From positions 186,001-250,000 of the forward strand of contig NW_020847627.1 in assembly GCF_003704095.1 (NCBI RefSeq): a stretch of DNA of 64,000 bases, written 5' to 3'. The position numbers were made by a program, and so were the translations under genes. Source of the stretch: Pocillopora damicornis. Its lineage: Eukaryota. Under the pieces are notes generated by a model, which did no database searches, was not told the DNA's origin, and saw nothing but the letters and a program-made list of their open reading frames with translations. Positions 25,104-39,900 of this stretch are shown here, in pieces. The number at the start of each line of letters is the position of its first letter. Within the stretch, counting starts at the first letter, position 1.

Positions 25104-28100
25104 TTTGATGAACCTCGCTTTGTAGACGAACTACAAATGATAACAATAAAAATCAGATAAATCGACTCAAAAAAACTGTGTGCGTGCGGAAAAATCAAGG
25201 AAGTATAAAATATAGCCGCGAAATAAACTTTTCATGACAAATTTAATTTCGGTTACAAAATTATTATTAAGACGCCCAGCAAAAGTAGCTTCCGTTATGA
25301 CATTGAGTACGTGTAAAGCATCCTTGATCAGTAACTACTCCGTTGAATGATAAATTAATGCATATAAGCAAGTGCATATATCAGGATATATCGATATTTT
25401 TCCTTCTGTACCATTCACGGGATAAAGCTGCAATCATTTGCTTGCTGTCAAATTCTGACTTTGGCGCACAACAGTAACATGTTATCATTCACTACATACT
25501 TGTTAACCCGGCCTCCTGGAGGATTCTACTAAAGCAGGATTTAAGCTGTATTTAACTAGATTATTAAAACCCTGACTTAAGAAAAAAAATCATGTTAATT
25601 CTACATTGCACCCTTTTGTGGAGAAAATATTTAAGTTTTCTTTGAGGTGATAACTTACCGGTTTCTAGGTCGCAAAAATAGAAGGAAAAGAAAAATTAGA
25701 ACTTGACAGTACCATTCAAACAAGCAGTTTGGGGCAAAGACAAGCAAAAAAAATTAACGCTGTTGGAATCATCTCTCACTTTCTTGCGCAATCGACACTT
25801 TGGCACAAAAGCAAGCCGCTGAGAGAAAATGATTTAAATGAGAAAGTAGCGTGTGGGAATATTTAATTGTCTACGATGGTGTTTCTTAAACTATTTAAAT
25901 TGCCTAACCTATTGTGTTAATTACTGTTTGGCAAAATGAAGGTAAAATTCTTAGTAATGGGACTTATTATAATCGTTAATATCTTCAAAACAAACAATTA
26001 TTTTTAGCCGAGGAACTTTGCGATGAAGTCAAGTTATCATTTACCTCCGGATTGAAACTTAAAGAAGAACATAGCTGATAAACTACTAAATTTTTCTTGA
26101 TTTTCTCTATCCTTAAGTAACTTGAAGAAATACTACACATTTTTTTAAATTATAATTTGATATTCCATGGTTTACCACTAAAAGGGAAAAAGGTAATATT
26201 GAAAATGCGTGAATGAATCAATTACTTATTCGTTGCTATGTTAACAACTGATTCTGTGCATGACAACATTACCAGGTTCACTTTAAAGTCACTTTCGATT
26301 CGATGAAGTTTATTTTTTTTCTATGGTTCAAAAACAGACAAAGAAGCAAACAAGCATTCAAAAAATTTAATTGAATTTTTTGGCTTTTTCCGCAATGGTA
26401 ATCTGACTCCCTCTTATTTGGGTTGTTAGTAATGTTCCTATACCCACAGCATTATTTTTAGTAATCTCTTGGTAAAACTCAGTTGCCTGGTTAATTATTG
26501 TCGTCCAATGGAAATGTGAGCGGAAAGGAGATATTCTGACTGAAAAAAAATCGAATTACTTTGGTCCACTTATGAATGGAGTTGTTTTTCCATGGAATTA
26601 CCTCGCGCAGTAATCACTTATTTCATTTCTTCAAACAAGCAAGAGTCATAGAATTGAAGCATTTTTAGCGAAGTAAACATCTCTAGCTAGAATTCACAAT
26701 AGGACTTGCGCTGGGGAAAAAAAACAACATTCCGAATATTTATCGCTAACTACGAGCGAATAGTTCTCTGTTTCACCTCCAAAATCTGTTACTTTTGTTT
26801 CTTATGAGGCGCATCCAAACTTACCCTGACTGGCTGTCGAATATTATCCTTTCGGAGCATATATCATGAAAACTGATCATTTTATAAATTTTTGGAATTA
26901 CTCATTCACGGCTTGAATAATGGTGACGCGATTTCCGCAATTTCGTACGACTATACATCGCTGAATTTAAAATATGCAAAACAATTATGACAGAGAAAAA
27001 AAGATAACATTGAGGGAATAGTTAAGCAAACAGTTTTCCATCCAAAGTCTAAAGTTTGTCTTGTAGAGACATAAATTCAGTAATTTGACCACTTAATTGC
27101 TAAATTGTTGACACTGACTTGAGTTCACTATTGTCTGATGACGGCAAAAAGGACAAGGACAAAAATGCATTGATACCACGAAAAATAATTAGTTTCGGTA
27201 TCTTTTCGTGATGGGTGAATAAACCTTCTTACGACAAAGTTTTCTCTAAGAAAAGCCTCACAATTTGCTCGTTTTCCTACATGTCTATCGTAAAAAGGGT
27301 TAAGGAATCAATATAAAAACTACTAGTCGTTTCCTGACTTTTTCCAACGGCAAACAATATCACACGCAAACCACAAGGCAGACGTAATCAACCTAGTGAT
27401 GAAAGGTTGCCAAGACCCTGGGAGCGAGACAGTAGCAGACTAAATACAGAACTGTCTGTCGAAACCATCTTTTGACTGACAAAAATTAAAAACCATTTCT
27501 AAGTTAACATGAAGCGGAGAAACCTTAAGCAAACATTGTCTAGAAAACAAGATCAAGATTAAAATGCGAACAAGGAAAGAAAGCGAACATGAGAGGCGGT
27601 TGAGTCGCCAGCTAAACGTACAAGTGCATAATTATATCCGTGAAACGATTATATCCGTTAAATTCGATTTCGGAAGGAAATTGAACGAGTTTGCTCTTCA
27701 TTCCCTTTTTCCATATCAACTCCGAATTTGGAAAGTTCATTTCGTTTTGTTTATGTTTTTTTTTTTGCTTAAGTCTTTGTTTTTCGGCTTTATATCTATG
27801 AGAGGCAGGGAGGGGGAGAGGAGGGGGGGGGAAGGAGGGAGGGGGTGAATTTGGGAACCCAGGGAGAAACCTTGACAATAACCCTCGAAATAAGAACAAG
27901 TATTTTAAAATTTGTGTGACATGTTTGGCTCGATTCGCAGCGTTGCGAAGCAACTCCCCATCCTACTCAGTGTTTTAAGCGCTATACGAAACAAATTTCA
28001 GTTTCTCATTAGCCGACAGGGTGATTTTGCTCAATGCCTCATCCAGTATGACTTCCATAAATCAGTGACTTTTTTACTTGTTATCCATGATTTGATAACT

Positions 28101-30149
28101 TAAACAGTACTTCATCCCAAGCTATACTTATATTGACATCATCCTCCTCAGGCTTTTGAATTCATATTTCGTTTTCTAAACGTCGTGATGTGAGCCAACT
28201 CTTTGCTCCCCTCCCCTGTCTCTTTTCTTTGAAAAATCTTAAGTAGATCAACAAAGCGAATTCAGATTAAAAGTCAAAAATCGAATGGCTTAGGGACCAA
28301 TTTGACGAAAGTCGTGGTTGTATGATAAGCGGAAAATTAGTTTGCGCATTTATTGCGCAATCATTGCGCATATTCATTTACCTTTGATCAGTCTCGTGTC
28401 TTGGACTGACATGTCTTTCAATCTACTTTATATTTACACCTCTCTCACAATCTTCATGGCTATTTTTATGTTATTTTTCTTATGCAAAGCTTTATGCGTT
28501 TCCTGACAACAACAGACTGCTTATCGACGATCTGGAAAATTCTCAATTGTTAATATAAAGATTGACCATATCATTATTTCAACACTTCAATCTCCTTAAG
28601 GGCGGTCATTGAAATCTTTAAACCCAAATTTAATCACTTATTCGAGGAGATCTTTGTTGAGATATATTTGGAGAGGAAATTAATTAGAGAGTTAACCGTC
28701 GGCTGTATTGTCTAAGATCAATAAAACATTTGATAGAAAAGGAATCTTAATTTTACATGTTTAATCAATTCTTAACCAGATATCCGCCGACGAACGGATT
28801 TGTTTAAATAAGAAACAAGCTTAATTGATAAAGAGGAGTGGTGTAAAGTGGTATGGTAGCATTCTCCAAAGCATAAGCTCAGTTCATCCGCAAATGATTG
28901 CATAATGAATACGTTAGAAAGCTGAGAGTTAGATGAACGTCTCGATGCAGTGTTGAAAATCTGGCTATGAACCACCGGAGCAGGGGAAGTAACGGCCGCT
29001 AAATGAGGTGACGCATACAGTTCAGTGGAAGTGCTATAAGCCGCTCAGAAATAGGGTGTTACTCAGACATATTTTTCGATCGGAATCGCCCGCTAATCAT
29101 TTCCAGGTTTGTAATTTCTCAGCTTTTATCGGACCTTTTTTTACAGGTTGTAAATTCTTTTTTCTTTTCTTTTCCTTTTTGTTTTTTCTTCAAATTAATG
29201 CCTGTTCATGCATGGGCAGCTTTACGCGTAAGACATTTATCGAACATGGTCAAACCTTTCTGGGTAAAATTTAAGCAACCCTTGACCATCGTACCGCTAC
29301 AAACAGTTTGACGATTCAAATCTTTTTTCTTCAGGCCATGACATGAATGACTGAAATGCTCTATTCAGTCAACTAGCGTTGGAATCTGTTTGTAATCAAA
29401 GCCGTGCCAATTTAAAAATCAGATTTAGAAAAAAAAAGAAGAAACGAAACGCACAAATTAGAGGAATAACATGACAGGCGAGCATGTTTGCAATTCAGCT
29501 AATAACTTTCGTCCTTTTCGCTTGAAAGAATATCAAGCAAAGTCAAAGTCGGTTTTCTACTCTCTAAGCTACGTGCCCTAACTCAAATGAAAGAATACGC
29601 ATTTTCTACTTACCATTTCTGATCAAGTTTTTCTCAGAGCAGCCTGTTACGGATGTTTGGCTTCCAATATGCATTCATTAATAATACTTATCTTTCGAAA
29701 CGCTCAAATAATTGTTAACACATTCAACGTGTTAAATCTTTAAAAACAAAATTTCTCAGGAAGTGTAGAGCACAGTAAGTCAAAGAGGGCCATATTTGCT
29801 CCAGTCATGCACATTTTTGATCAAACAAGAACAAAGTGAAGGTGCAAACTAATTAGTTACTGTGATGGAAATACAAGAATCAACGCATATCATTTGAATT
29901 TAGTAAATGACGCTAAGGTAACAAAAGATCTCGGCGTGTGTCTTCAGAGCGTTGCCATACAAGACAAATATTCAGCCAAACTTCATTCACGGCATTAATT
30001 TATGCGTGCAGCCGAGTAACATAACTTGAAAAGGAGCTGTGCTTAGTGTGATATTTGGCATCCCTTACCAGAGAAATTTTGAACAGTCTTGGAAAAAGTG
30101 GCTTGATAATACTAATGATGTTAATAATGGCAGTGATAACATGTAGAGA

Positions 30150-30202
30150 TAATAAGGATAATGATAATAATAATAATAACGATAATAATGATAATAATGA
30201 TG
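30150..30202. repeat. Degenerate (AAT/GAT)n microsatellite
   Basis: AATAAGGATAATGATAATAATAATAATAACGATAATAATGATAATAATGATG. Confidence 0.85.
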
Positions 30203-31521
30203 AAGATCTAAAATAATCATGTTGTTTCCCAAAACATAGAGCAAAATAAATTTTAATAAAGGAAAACATACTCTTGAAAACATTCTGAAATATGTCTCAC
30301 GTTACGTATTTTCTAGACAATACCCAATATTTTTTTTCGAAGCATGCCTAACAGACTATGTTCTTACGCATGACTACAAAAGTAGTAAAGATAAATGTTT
30401 CCCATAGTAGCAGATGTTTTGACATTCTGAGGAATGAAAACGTAACAAAATCAATGTAAGGAAACAGTGGTAGTACCATTACCCAATAAAACGTTAAAGA
30501 TAAAATATATAAAAAGAGGATGCAAAAAGTTTTCGTGATCTAGACTGAATAATAACACAGGTGTTTCCTTAGAAAAATTACAATACAAAAAACGTAAAAT
30601 CTGAATTTTTAAATTTCTACACTCCACTACAAGTTTGCGATAAACATTGGTCTTTTTTTTTAGAACATATCACGGATACTAAAATGCGATTATCTTAAAA
30701 TATGAAGAGTCTATTTTTAATTAAGGATTGCTTCAAAGCGGTTAAGGAAATAATGTCACCCGAACTTAGCAGAAGTAATATGTGTTTTTTATACGCCTTT
30801 TATTGCCTTTGTCTTTCAGCTATTCTCCTTGTCATAGTAAAATGAACAGAAACGGTTAAAACACGACAGCAGTCAAAACAACGAGCAAATGACGTGACAG
30901 TAGATTCTCAATTCAATTAAATCTGTCAAAAACCATGACCTTAAAATATTTGCTCCTGTCAAGAGCCATTTCGGATTGTCTGATATGGACAGTAAACACA
31001 AATGCTAACTTCTTGGCCAATACATTAGATATACAAATTATGACGAAAAATTGCAGATCTAAAACGTTTTTAATTATTTAACTTACCAAATATCTCTTAT
31101 GATTTTGAATTATATGTACATTGCTAATGGAACTCCATATGCAGTCCCATTTTCGTCGTACTTTATCATTTCTTATATATTTTATTTGATATTTGAGAAG
31201 AAAGCAGTAATTTCATCGTCATAACAGCTATGTTAAAGCTGGTATCTCAAAATGTTGAATTTTGTTAGTCATTCATGAAAGTAAGTCTGTGAAATAACTG
31301 TAATTCAAATCAACGAAAAATTGAAAGGTCCCGATTGGGGGCTTTGAAGTAACTTTTTGTAATTTGTTTTTCTTTTATCTTTAGAAAAAGTTCTACTGAG
31401 TTTTTTTTTTGGGGGGGGGTTTGTTTTATTTGAATGAGGCAGTTTTAGGCGATTTTATAAATCGTAAAATATAATAGAAAAGATAAAAATTATTCACTGG
31501 GTGCATAGGATGAAGTACATT

Positions 31522-31593
31522 TACCACGGTTGCTGTGTAAAACTTTTTTCTCCCAAATACCACGGTTGCTGTGTAAAACTTTTTTCTCCCAAA
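31522..31593. repeat. Perfect 36-bp tandem duplication
   Basis: TACCACGGTTGCTGTGTAAAACTTTTTTCTCCCAAA x2. Confidence 0.95.
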
Positions 31594-33973
31594 TAATATT
31601 ATAGTTCTACCGGGACACAGCAGTGTACGATTGAACAACATAATCTGTACTTACCAGTGCCGTGGTATCTTTTAGTTCTGCTAAAATCACCAAGGTAAAA
31701 GAAACCGTGTGAAACTATTACCGAGACTTAAATGTTGCTTGATCGCTGGTTGCTTTAACAGTTGGTCTCCAAACTGTTTCGAATCTTCTAGTCTAACCTT
31801 CCGCGCGACGTTAAAATTATTTATTTGCGTGTGGTCGAATGAATAGGCGTCAGTCTATACCTAAAATTGCTTTGGAGTTAAAGCGTAAAAGCCCTATTTG
31901 TAAACACTATTGTTCAAAGCGGAACCACATTTTTACCTTTTTGTGCATCCCTCCAAGTGTACAAAAACACAATTTACAAATAGCGCGTCCGCCATGCAGT
32001 TTTTCCCACTAGGATATTTTCAGTCACCAATCATTGAATCAGAAAAAATTCTTGGATTTTATTCACCTAAAGGAGTCACAGCAGTGAAAAAAATCTTAAT
32101 AATAGCCTGGGGTTATGGTTGGAGATATTAAATATTAAGTAAACAAAGTTCAAGTTCAATTTATTTTGTCGGCATAAGATGACCTCTTCACAGAGATATC
32201 TGACAAGTAGATACGTAGGATAAGACAAGTGTGTGATTAATATTTGTCATATTATGCAGCTTGAAGTCAATAAGGTCATCATCAAATATTTATTTTTTTT
32301 ATCCGAAGATTTTTGTTTTTGATTTGCCACAACTAAGGCCTTCTACAAAGCTAAGACCACCTGCCCTCACTAAAGAAAAAATAAAGGGACCTCTTTTGGA
32401 ATAGTTCATTAGTTTTACTTCACCCGCAATCTATCTTTTTATTTTTGTTCTCAATCAAGCAAAGAATGCATCACTTTCACTTAAATATTCTCAATGGGTA
32501 GCGTAGGTAGTTTTCTTAATACAAACTGAAATATTTTTGATTGAGGAGCAATTAAATTTCATTCTAAATTACCTGTATTTCATCAATTTTAGGCTCTCGC
32601 AAAACCTATGGGGTCATGTATACGAAAGTATCTTGAAAAATTTGTGTAAGTGCCTGTCCAATCACGATCAGCAATCAAGCCAACCTGCTTAAAAATCGGT
32701 AATCTAAAACACATATTTTTTCGAAGTCTAAAAACAGCAAACTGGTACCAAAGGAAGTATAATTATTACAGAAACTAAAGTTATATTCGTAACGTGTAAG
32801 TTGCATGAATTATGATTCACAGCCTGCTGCTAATTCTTGCTAGTTATTTTCGTGCAATTTGCATAATGAGTTTACCATGTACGTTCGGCAGGATTCAAGA
32901 GATATTTTTTATGTTACGTCCAGAAATCTATAATATTCAACTAACACCCAGCTGTACATATCGAAATTGTCTTCTCTCAAAATGTTGTGGCAAAATAGTG
33001 ACAGAGTAATGAAATTGTTATCACAATCTAAGTAATAAGAAATAGGAAATTCTTTTAACTGTTTCACCCCTCGAATGAGCTAACTCACCAACAAGGTCTG
33101 TTTAGTTCTGTGGAAGAGCATCCAATTCCGGAATCGTTCGGTTCCCAAGCAAATGACTCTTAAACATCTCTCGTTGATCGACAGCTGCGTTTATAACTTA
33201 AATAAAACTTCTGTAGACTTGTTTGTTTTCTTTTGACGTAGAACTGAGCACTCATGAGTTCAGGTTTGATCTGAGAAATTATTAATAACCCTCAAAACTG
33301 AGACATTTTGTCTAAATAAGAGATTTTCCCCAAACAGCAATATGTTGATTCATTATTTACAGCAACCTTTTCTAAAGGATTAGTGCAGGGGTGGATCTTC
33401 AATCAATATTCTTCAGTTAGTTCTCCGTTAATGTTTTGTTTCGACCCGCCGCCTTTGCGCCATAAGTAATTTCAAATTTTACTTGACAAGGTTTCAAATT
33501 GTAAGAGGGTGAGGAATTTCTCAAAAGAATGCCCAAGTGCAATTTTGCCTTGGAACTCGATTTTTGTTAATTACAAATAAAGTTTCAAACATTTTTCACT
33601 CTCAGACTGAAATTCTCGCAACAAGAGCAGGTATCATCACTTATCTGGGGAACTGAAATATAGTCAGATTTCTTACAAAGAATTAACATAAACATAATTT
33701 TGCTCGAGAATCCCAGGACTTCAAATAATTATATACCTTCAACAAAGTACATATGATTGATAGACCTGATAATGACCTGCAGCGTCTGTATTTTAATCCC
33801 GAAATTTTTCCGAAAACACTTTTCAGTGGTGAAAAATTGTATAGCATTGCTTGACTATCTCTTCGATTACTGTTGATATGCTATCTGGATACACGATTGT
33901 GCTCCAGGTATGAGTGTCGATCGATAAATTGCGATGTTTTTTGCACGATTAATAGCGGTATCCTTTGAAAGTC

Positions 33974-33983
33974 NNNNNNNNNN
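33974..33983. other. Assembly gap (10 N)
   Basis: Run of N. Confidence 1.
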
Positions 33984-36900
33984 CGCTAATTGTTCTTCCA
34001 AAATGTAAAGTAGATCAAAAGCTTCGAGGCAATATGTGTAACGCAGTGAAGGTCATATCATAAGCTTGCTTGTCGAAGTATGTAAAGTTAGTGAGTCCTC
34101 TCAGTGTCGATGAAAATTACCTCATGATAATACAGGGCCTTGATTACTTTTCTTCTTTACTTGCTCAATGAGAGCCACGAGGCTTCTTTGTTTGGCATCA
34201 TTTATTTTCCTAGCCTTTAAACACTACTACTGCGCAAACTCCACGACACAGTCTCACGGAAATGTTCGCACTTTTTAGGGCGGAGAAACGGCCACTAAGA
34301 GCTTAAACTTGAACTTACATCGCTCATAATGCAGTAAATTGCGTCAGAGAAACAATATAGCGCGAGGAAGGGAAATCGCTCACTCCGTCCGTGCAGGATT
34401 AAGGCGAGTTTTTGTGAAACTGCCCCTGAAAGAGGTTCCCCAAACAATTTTACTTTTCGAAACATATTACGTTTAGAGTCTAAATGAACACGGTGCAGTT
34501 TTTCACTTTTCTTGGATGAAATACAGCAGCAGAACGACCCTCCATTATAATTCAAACGTGGAGTAAATTGAGCTAAAAGGGAGGCATCGTGGCTTTTCAC
34601 CATTTTTCCTCCTTTTGTAAAATTCCACGCTTAATGTGAAACCTGAGAAATTCCTTGTTGCACTCCGGAAGTTGCAATAGAGTGTTCTTCTTATTTCTTC
34701 AAAGTCTAAAAGAAATAAATCATTACCTAACTGCCGCATGTACATGGAACTTATAAAGGTCTGTTAGATTGATTTTTTGGACAGGATTAGTCATCAAGAG
34801 GTTAGACTGTACACCAGGAAACTGACTGGCGTTAGAGTGAGTTAGATTTTTGACAGCAGCACAAGGAATATATTTTCAACAGGAGAAGATTATCAAATAT
34901 TTTCCAAAAGGACGATGATTTTGAATCACTTGATGGTTAGGCCAGCTACAAGCCATGGTATATTTCATCTCGACGATTCAATCATAAAATTATGAGTAAG
35001 ATGTGGAATTCACATATACATTTTCACCTGTTATCCTATTTATTCGTTGGCTCAAAGTACTATAAAGAACATCGAATTACCGCTACCAAATACATTCATT
35101 CCAATCAACCTTCATTGCCGTTACCAACGAATACAAACTCAGCGGTTTTATTCTGTTTCCATATGAATGTTGCACTCAGACTGGAATCCCAGTTGGAAGC
35201 TCTCACAAGGAGAATAAATTGCCTGTTGGGTGCATGCAAATGATTACGTTGGAGAATATAGACAGAATATATATTTAAACGTCGAGAAAGTCAGTCAGAC
35301 ATATCGTTCACAGAACCATCAAATGGAAGAATAATCCCGTTTAGATTAAATGCTTTCATTTCAAATTAATCATGTTTTTGTTCCGCACCTGCCATCCTCC
35401 TACACTGATATTTCCTTTAAAATATCTGAAATTGAAAGAAAGACCTGTCGTCCTGAATAAATCGAAGCTAAGGCTATGTAATCTACCATAGGGTGTAAAT
35501 TTCGATACAGTCCGATTTTCAACTATCACGTCAGTTTATTCGACGAAACGTTAGCTCGTTAGCTCGTTAGCTTAAAGCGTCCCCAGGGAATGTTTATTCC
35601 ATTTTTGAATGGTTGCCGTTAGTCAGTAAGCACCAAACATTTAACAGCAGGTGTATGTAGCATGATAACGTCGATGTTTTGAATAAACTCCATGTATATC
35701 CTGGATACCTCTTAAAAATCCAATTTTAAAAGCTTTCAGTTCAAGAAGAGAACACTTTAAAGATAAACCAAAAAAAAAAATCCCTTATATGTTTGGCAAA
35801 CAACAATTAAGAAATGAACCGCAGACAAAAATCAAGAATTCTCTCCTCACCGCTAGCATATCTTTTCACGCTTATTACATTTTATTTTCTTTATGCTTGT
35901 CAAGTTTTAACCGACAAATTTTGCCCTGTACAATTATAGTTATAAGTTAATTACAAAATGTCGCCAATTCTTATTCAGTTCCTCAATCTACATCTCTGCT
36001 CGTTAATGACACTATATTCATAGTTAAACATAGCTATGATTAAATTGATTTGACACAGCCAAATTGTCTCAGTTGATCCAAAGAATGAATAGCAAACCGA
36101 AGAAAAACATCTGCTATTTTTTGTGTGTCCGTGAAAATAGACTAAATTATCCTCTCATCGTCTCTTTCGAAAACGTTACACATATCCTATATGGTTCAGG
36201 GATAAATGTAACTTTCCAAATATGGCATTAATAGATTTGAGATACAAAACACCGCTAATTAGAACTTTTTTGTGCAAAACGAATTATTTAATATGTCTTA
36301 GAGCATTTTGAATTATGAAAGATTAACAAAGCCGACATAGGTTAAACTGCATCCACTGCAAAAATTACCATGAATTACGTCTCGATTTTCGCTGAACGAC
36401 AAGGAGATTTACAAAAGCCAGTAATGTTACCACAGCTGCAGTTTGTATTACGAAATTTGAAAAGATGTCTTTAGAGGGAATAAATTACAGAAGAATTACA
36501 TTTTTCTAGACGGAGTCGAGTAAGAGAATTCACGAAACAAAAGTGTTTAGAAATCAAGTGTATGTTTTGGTTTCAGGCCTCGATCTTACATCGACAGGAT
36601 TCTTTTCATTTATGGGAAATTCCGAAAACAGAAAGGGGAAACAGGAAGAACATTGTTTTAGAATATTTCGATCGGTCGAACTCCTGATCCTCTTGCTTAC
36701 TTGATTCGTTTCAAGAATTTGTAATTTTCGCATATTTACGAGTCAATTTGATATAAATTTTCAGATTTACTTTGCAGACTTACCTCAGAAAGACATTATC
36801 CTTTTGACCTTAACTTCGCTGTGAGAGGAAAACTGATAATGGAGTCCACAGTTTGAGGTTTCAATGTTTCATATCTCATATCAGGATGTTTACATTAGGA

Positions 36901-39900
36901 ATATGCTAATTGTAAAAATTGTTGAATATTGTAGCAAATGATTCAGCGTCGGGCTTGGCTTACATCTACCATCTTAAATAATACAGTCACCTTTCTTTTA
37001 GGCCAATTACAGATAGTAGATAAAACTTCGCCAAAACAGCTCTTCAAATCATATTTTGATACAAGGCAAAGCAGTAATTCTTATTTTAGAATTTCGACAA
37101 TTAAGCTTAAATAGTCTAAAAGAAAACAACAAAAATCTGATGATGCACTTGTCTGCAAATTTTAAATTAAAAACAAGGAAAGCTCCGTCAATCAGTTGGA
37201 CTTTGAATATGCTACATTTTCCTAGCAAAATTTCACGAGAAAATTGAGAAGATGTTTTGGTGCACTTTGTCACGTAAAATCAACAATCATTTGACCAATA
37301 CAAACATGAATCATGGTATCAAAGATTTGAGACGTGCAAATTCATTTGAAACGCCGACTGCCCTAAGCAAAAATGTTGCGGTTGGATCCATGTCATTTGA
37401 TTTCCATTGTACCAACGATTATTATTTAAACGACACCCGCACACAATTTGTATTTGTGCAAAACCATATTTCAACTTCTGCAAATAACCGTAGCTTCTAG
37501 TAGTTTCTTTCACGCAAACTCGCGCAAATAACGAAATATATTTGTGTAGTAAGAATTAACCAATAGGACCACCTGCCAAGTTTCTCAAATTACAGCATTT
37601 CATATCAGTGGAACGCCTGCGGTGATTTTCTGGGAAAAAGCTTTAATTTGTGTGGTTTTGACAAGGGGAAGTCGCGCTTAAATATATTGTTGTGTGGGGG
37701 ATATTCCAATCCCACGTACAATTGAATAAAGCTAACAATTTTTCTAGTCTTCCGCTAAGAAGCAATTTTCATTCTACTTTCCCTTTTAGATGTAGGAACA
37801 CAGTATACATGAAATGATTAATAAAAGTGAAAGGAACCTTTTATGTTGCAATTCTCATTAAAGATTGTGACAGTAATTTATTTAAACTTTAGTAACATCT
37901 GTCCAAATCGGACACGGAATTGGATATCAATATTTTGTTTTTGGAATTATGGGATTGGTCAAAAGCCTCGCTTTGTTAAGGATAGAATTCTTAATTCTGT
38001 ACCAAAGGGAACGCTTTATTAACTTTTCGATTTATAACGTAACTCTCACAAAACATTTGTACATAAATATATGTACTCAATTGCAATAACGTTATCATAG
38101 CAAAAAGCAAAATTAAAAAAAAAAAAGGAAAAAGCCAAATACATATTTATTAGCATACAAAACTCCCCTCTAGCTATATACCTTGGCCATATACGTGCCA
38201 GCCGAATAATTTTGTAAATACTTTTAAACCGCGTGAGGGTATTGGATTTTGTCTAGAAACTTCCATCGATCGTAAAAGTAAAAAAAAGAATGATATTGTA
38301 GTACCGTTTGGTTATGATATATGCTGATTCGTATGTGTTTTGCTTTTGCTTCCTTCCTTTTTCTTTTTCCTTTTTCCTTAAATATCATTTTCCGCAATTA
38401 GATGTATACATTGTACCAATCCATATTTCCACCATCTGTTTTTCTATTGAAATCCTATGACAACAGGAGACACATTTAAGAGACAATTCATCGAAACGTA
38501 TACCTGTCTCGTGTCCAAAAGCTTTGCAATAATCAACAGCTAACTAACCCCACCCCCCACCCCCTCTCTTCCAGCCCCTGGCTCCACTATCCCCTATCAC
38601 CATTCTAAGAACCCACTGCTCAGTGCAACTTTTCGGAATCATTATTTGCTTTGTTTTTAATGTTTTTGCCGTCGTTGTTGTTGTATCATCTTTATGCATG
38701 CTAAAATCCAGCTCTTAGTTCATCTTTAGGACACCTCACTGTCTGATGTTGGTTTTTCTCGGTCATTATGTTGCTGTAGCCTCTTTTTCTATATTGTTTT
38801 ATTGATTTCGTAAGTTTTTACTTAAAATCTTTAAAAAGAAGTGATATTGACTTACGCACGCGCTACTCTACTATTCAAATCATAGTATAAACATGATTTC
38901 CAAATAATGTGCTTTTTTATCAAATCAGGCCTTTTTTCAAAGGATGCTGCTGTTTCTAATTAGTTTTACTCTTTGTTATTCTTAACAATTTTTCCGATAA
39001 GTTGCTCCCTATTTTCATAAATATGTCGCGTCAATTAATTTATAGAACAGCTGTTGCAAACCTTTTAGTTTGATTTAAATTCTATTTTGACCCCTAAAAT
39101 TTAAAATACGATTAGACAGGAACTGCAGGAAGAAAAAACTAAACTTCATTGAATTTATCTTTCTTTTTCGGGGGGGTGCTTGGTAAAACAGTTCTTTTTT
39201 GGAAGATGCCGGCTGGAAAGAAGTAATGTTCCTTTAGTTCGCTGATTGAACGTTTCCCGTTAATTTGTTCAGCGGGATTTGACTCGGCCTTTTCCGCTGT
39301 TTCCTAATGAGAATCTGGCTCTAAATCCCTTACACTGGCTTATTTCCGATCCCATTTTAGCTCAAATTTGGAAGAATGCATGAAATCATAGGATTGGTGT
39401 GAAACATACAACAAAATGAAATATTCAATTATGATAGATTAAAAAAAAAATCCAAATTTCACCTACCCACAAATATGAGGGATCGATTTAATAACTTTTC
39501 TCTTCCCAGTAGGGCGCTCAGCCTTTAGGCACCAAACGCTGTAAACTTAACTAATCATTCTAAACTTGAATACAGGAAGTTGCAGCTGAAAGTAGATCGA
39601 GAGCTTTCGATCGCAAGAAACTGAGCGCCGTTTCAAAATTTCTCTATACTTACCTAAGAAGGATTAACCACAATTCCAAGGTGATGTATTGCTTAAAACG
39701 TCCTGACGCCTTCTGCTTTCATAGACCAACCGTATTTAACGATTATGGCATTTATATTTATAGAAACTGTCGACGAAAAGATCCTCTAGATCTGTGAATG
39801 ATAAATTGGGTTTTTCGTCTTGACAACGGGAACTAGAAGGTGGGATTTTCTAATAGAAAGGTTTTTTATCATTAAATGTAGTCGTAGATCCGAATGACAT

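Noticed and set aside
30000-30283. Leu-rich or Tyr/His-rich ORFs
   Set aside because: Translation of an (AAT)n microsatellite
31522-31593. 36-bp repeat as a CRISPR-like unit
   Set aside because: Only two abutting copies, no spacer, eukaryotic locus
33093-33150. tRNA-like A box (TAGTTCTGTGGAAGAGC)
   Set aside because: No cloverleaf or good B box; at most a decayed SINE head
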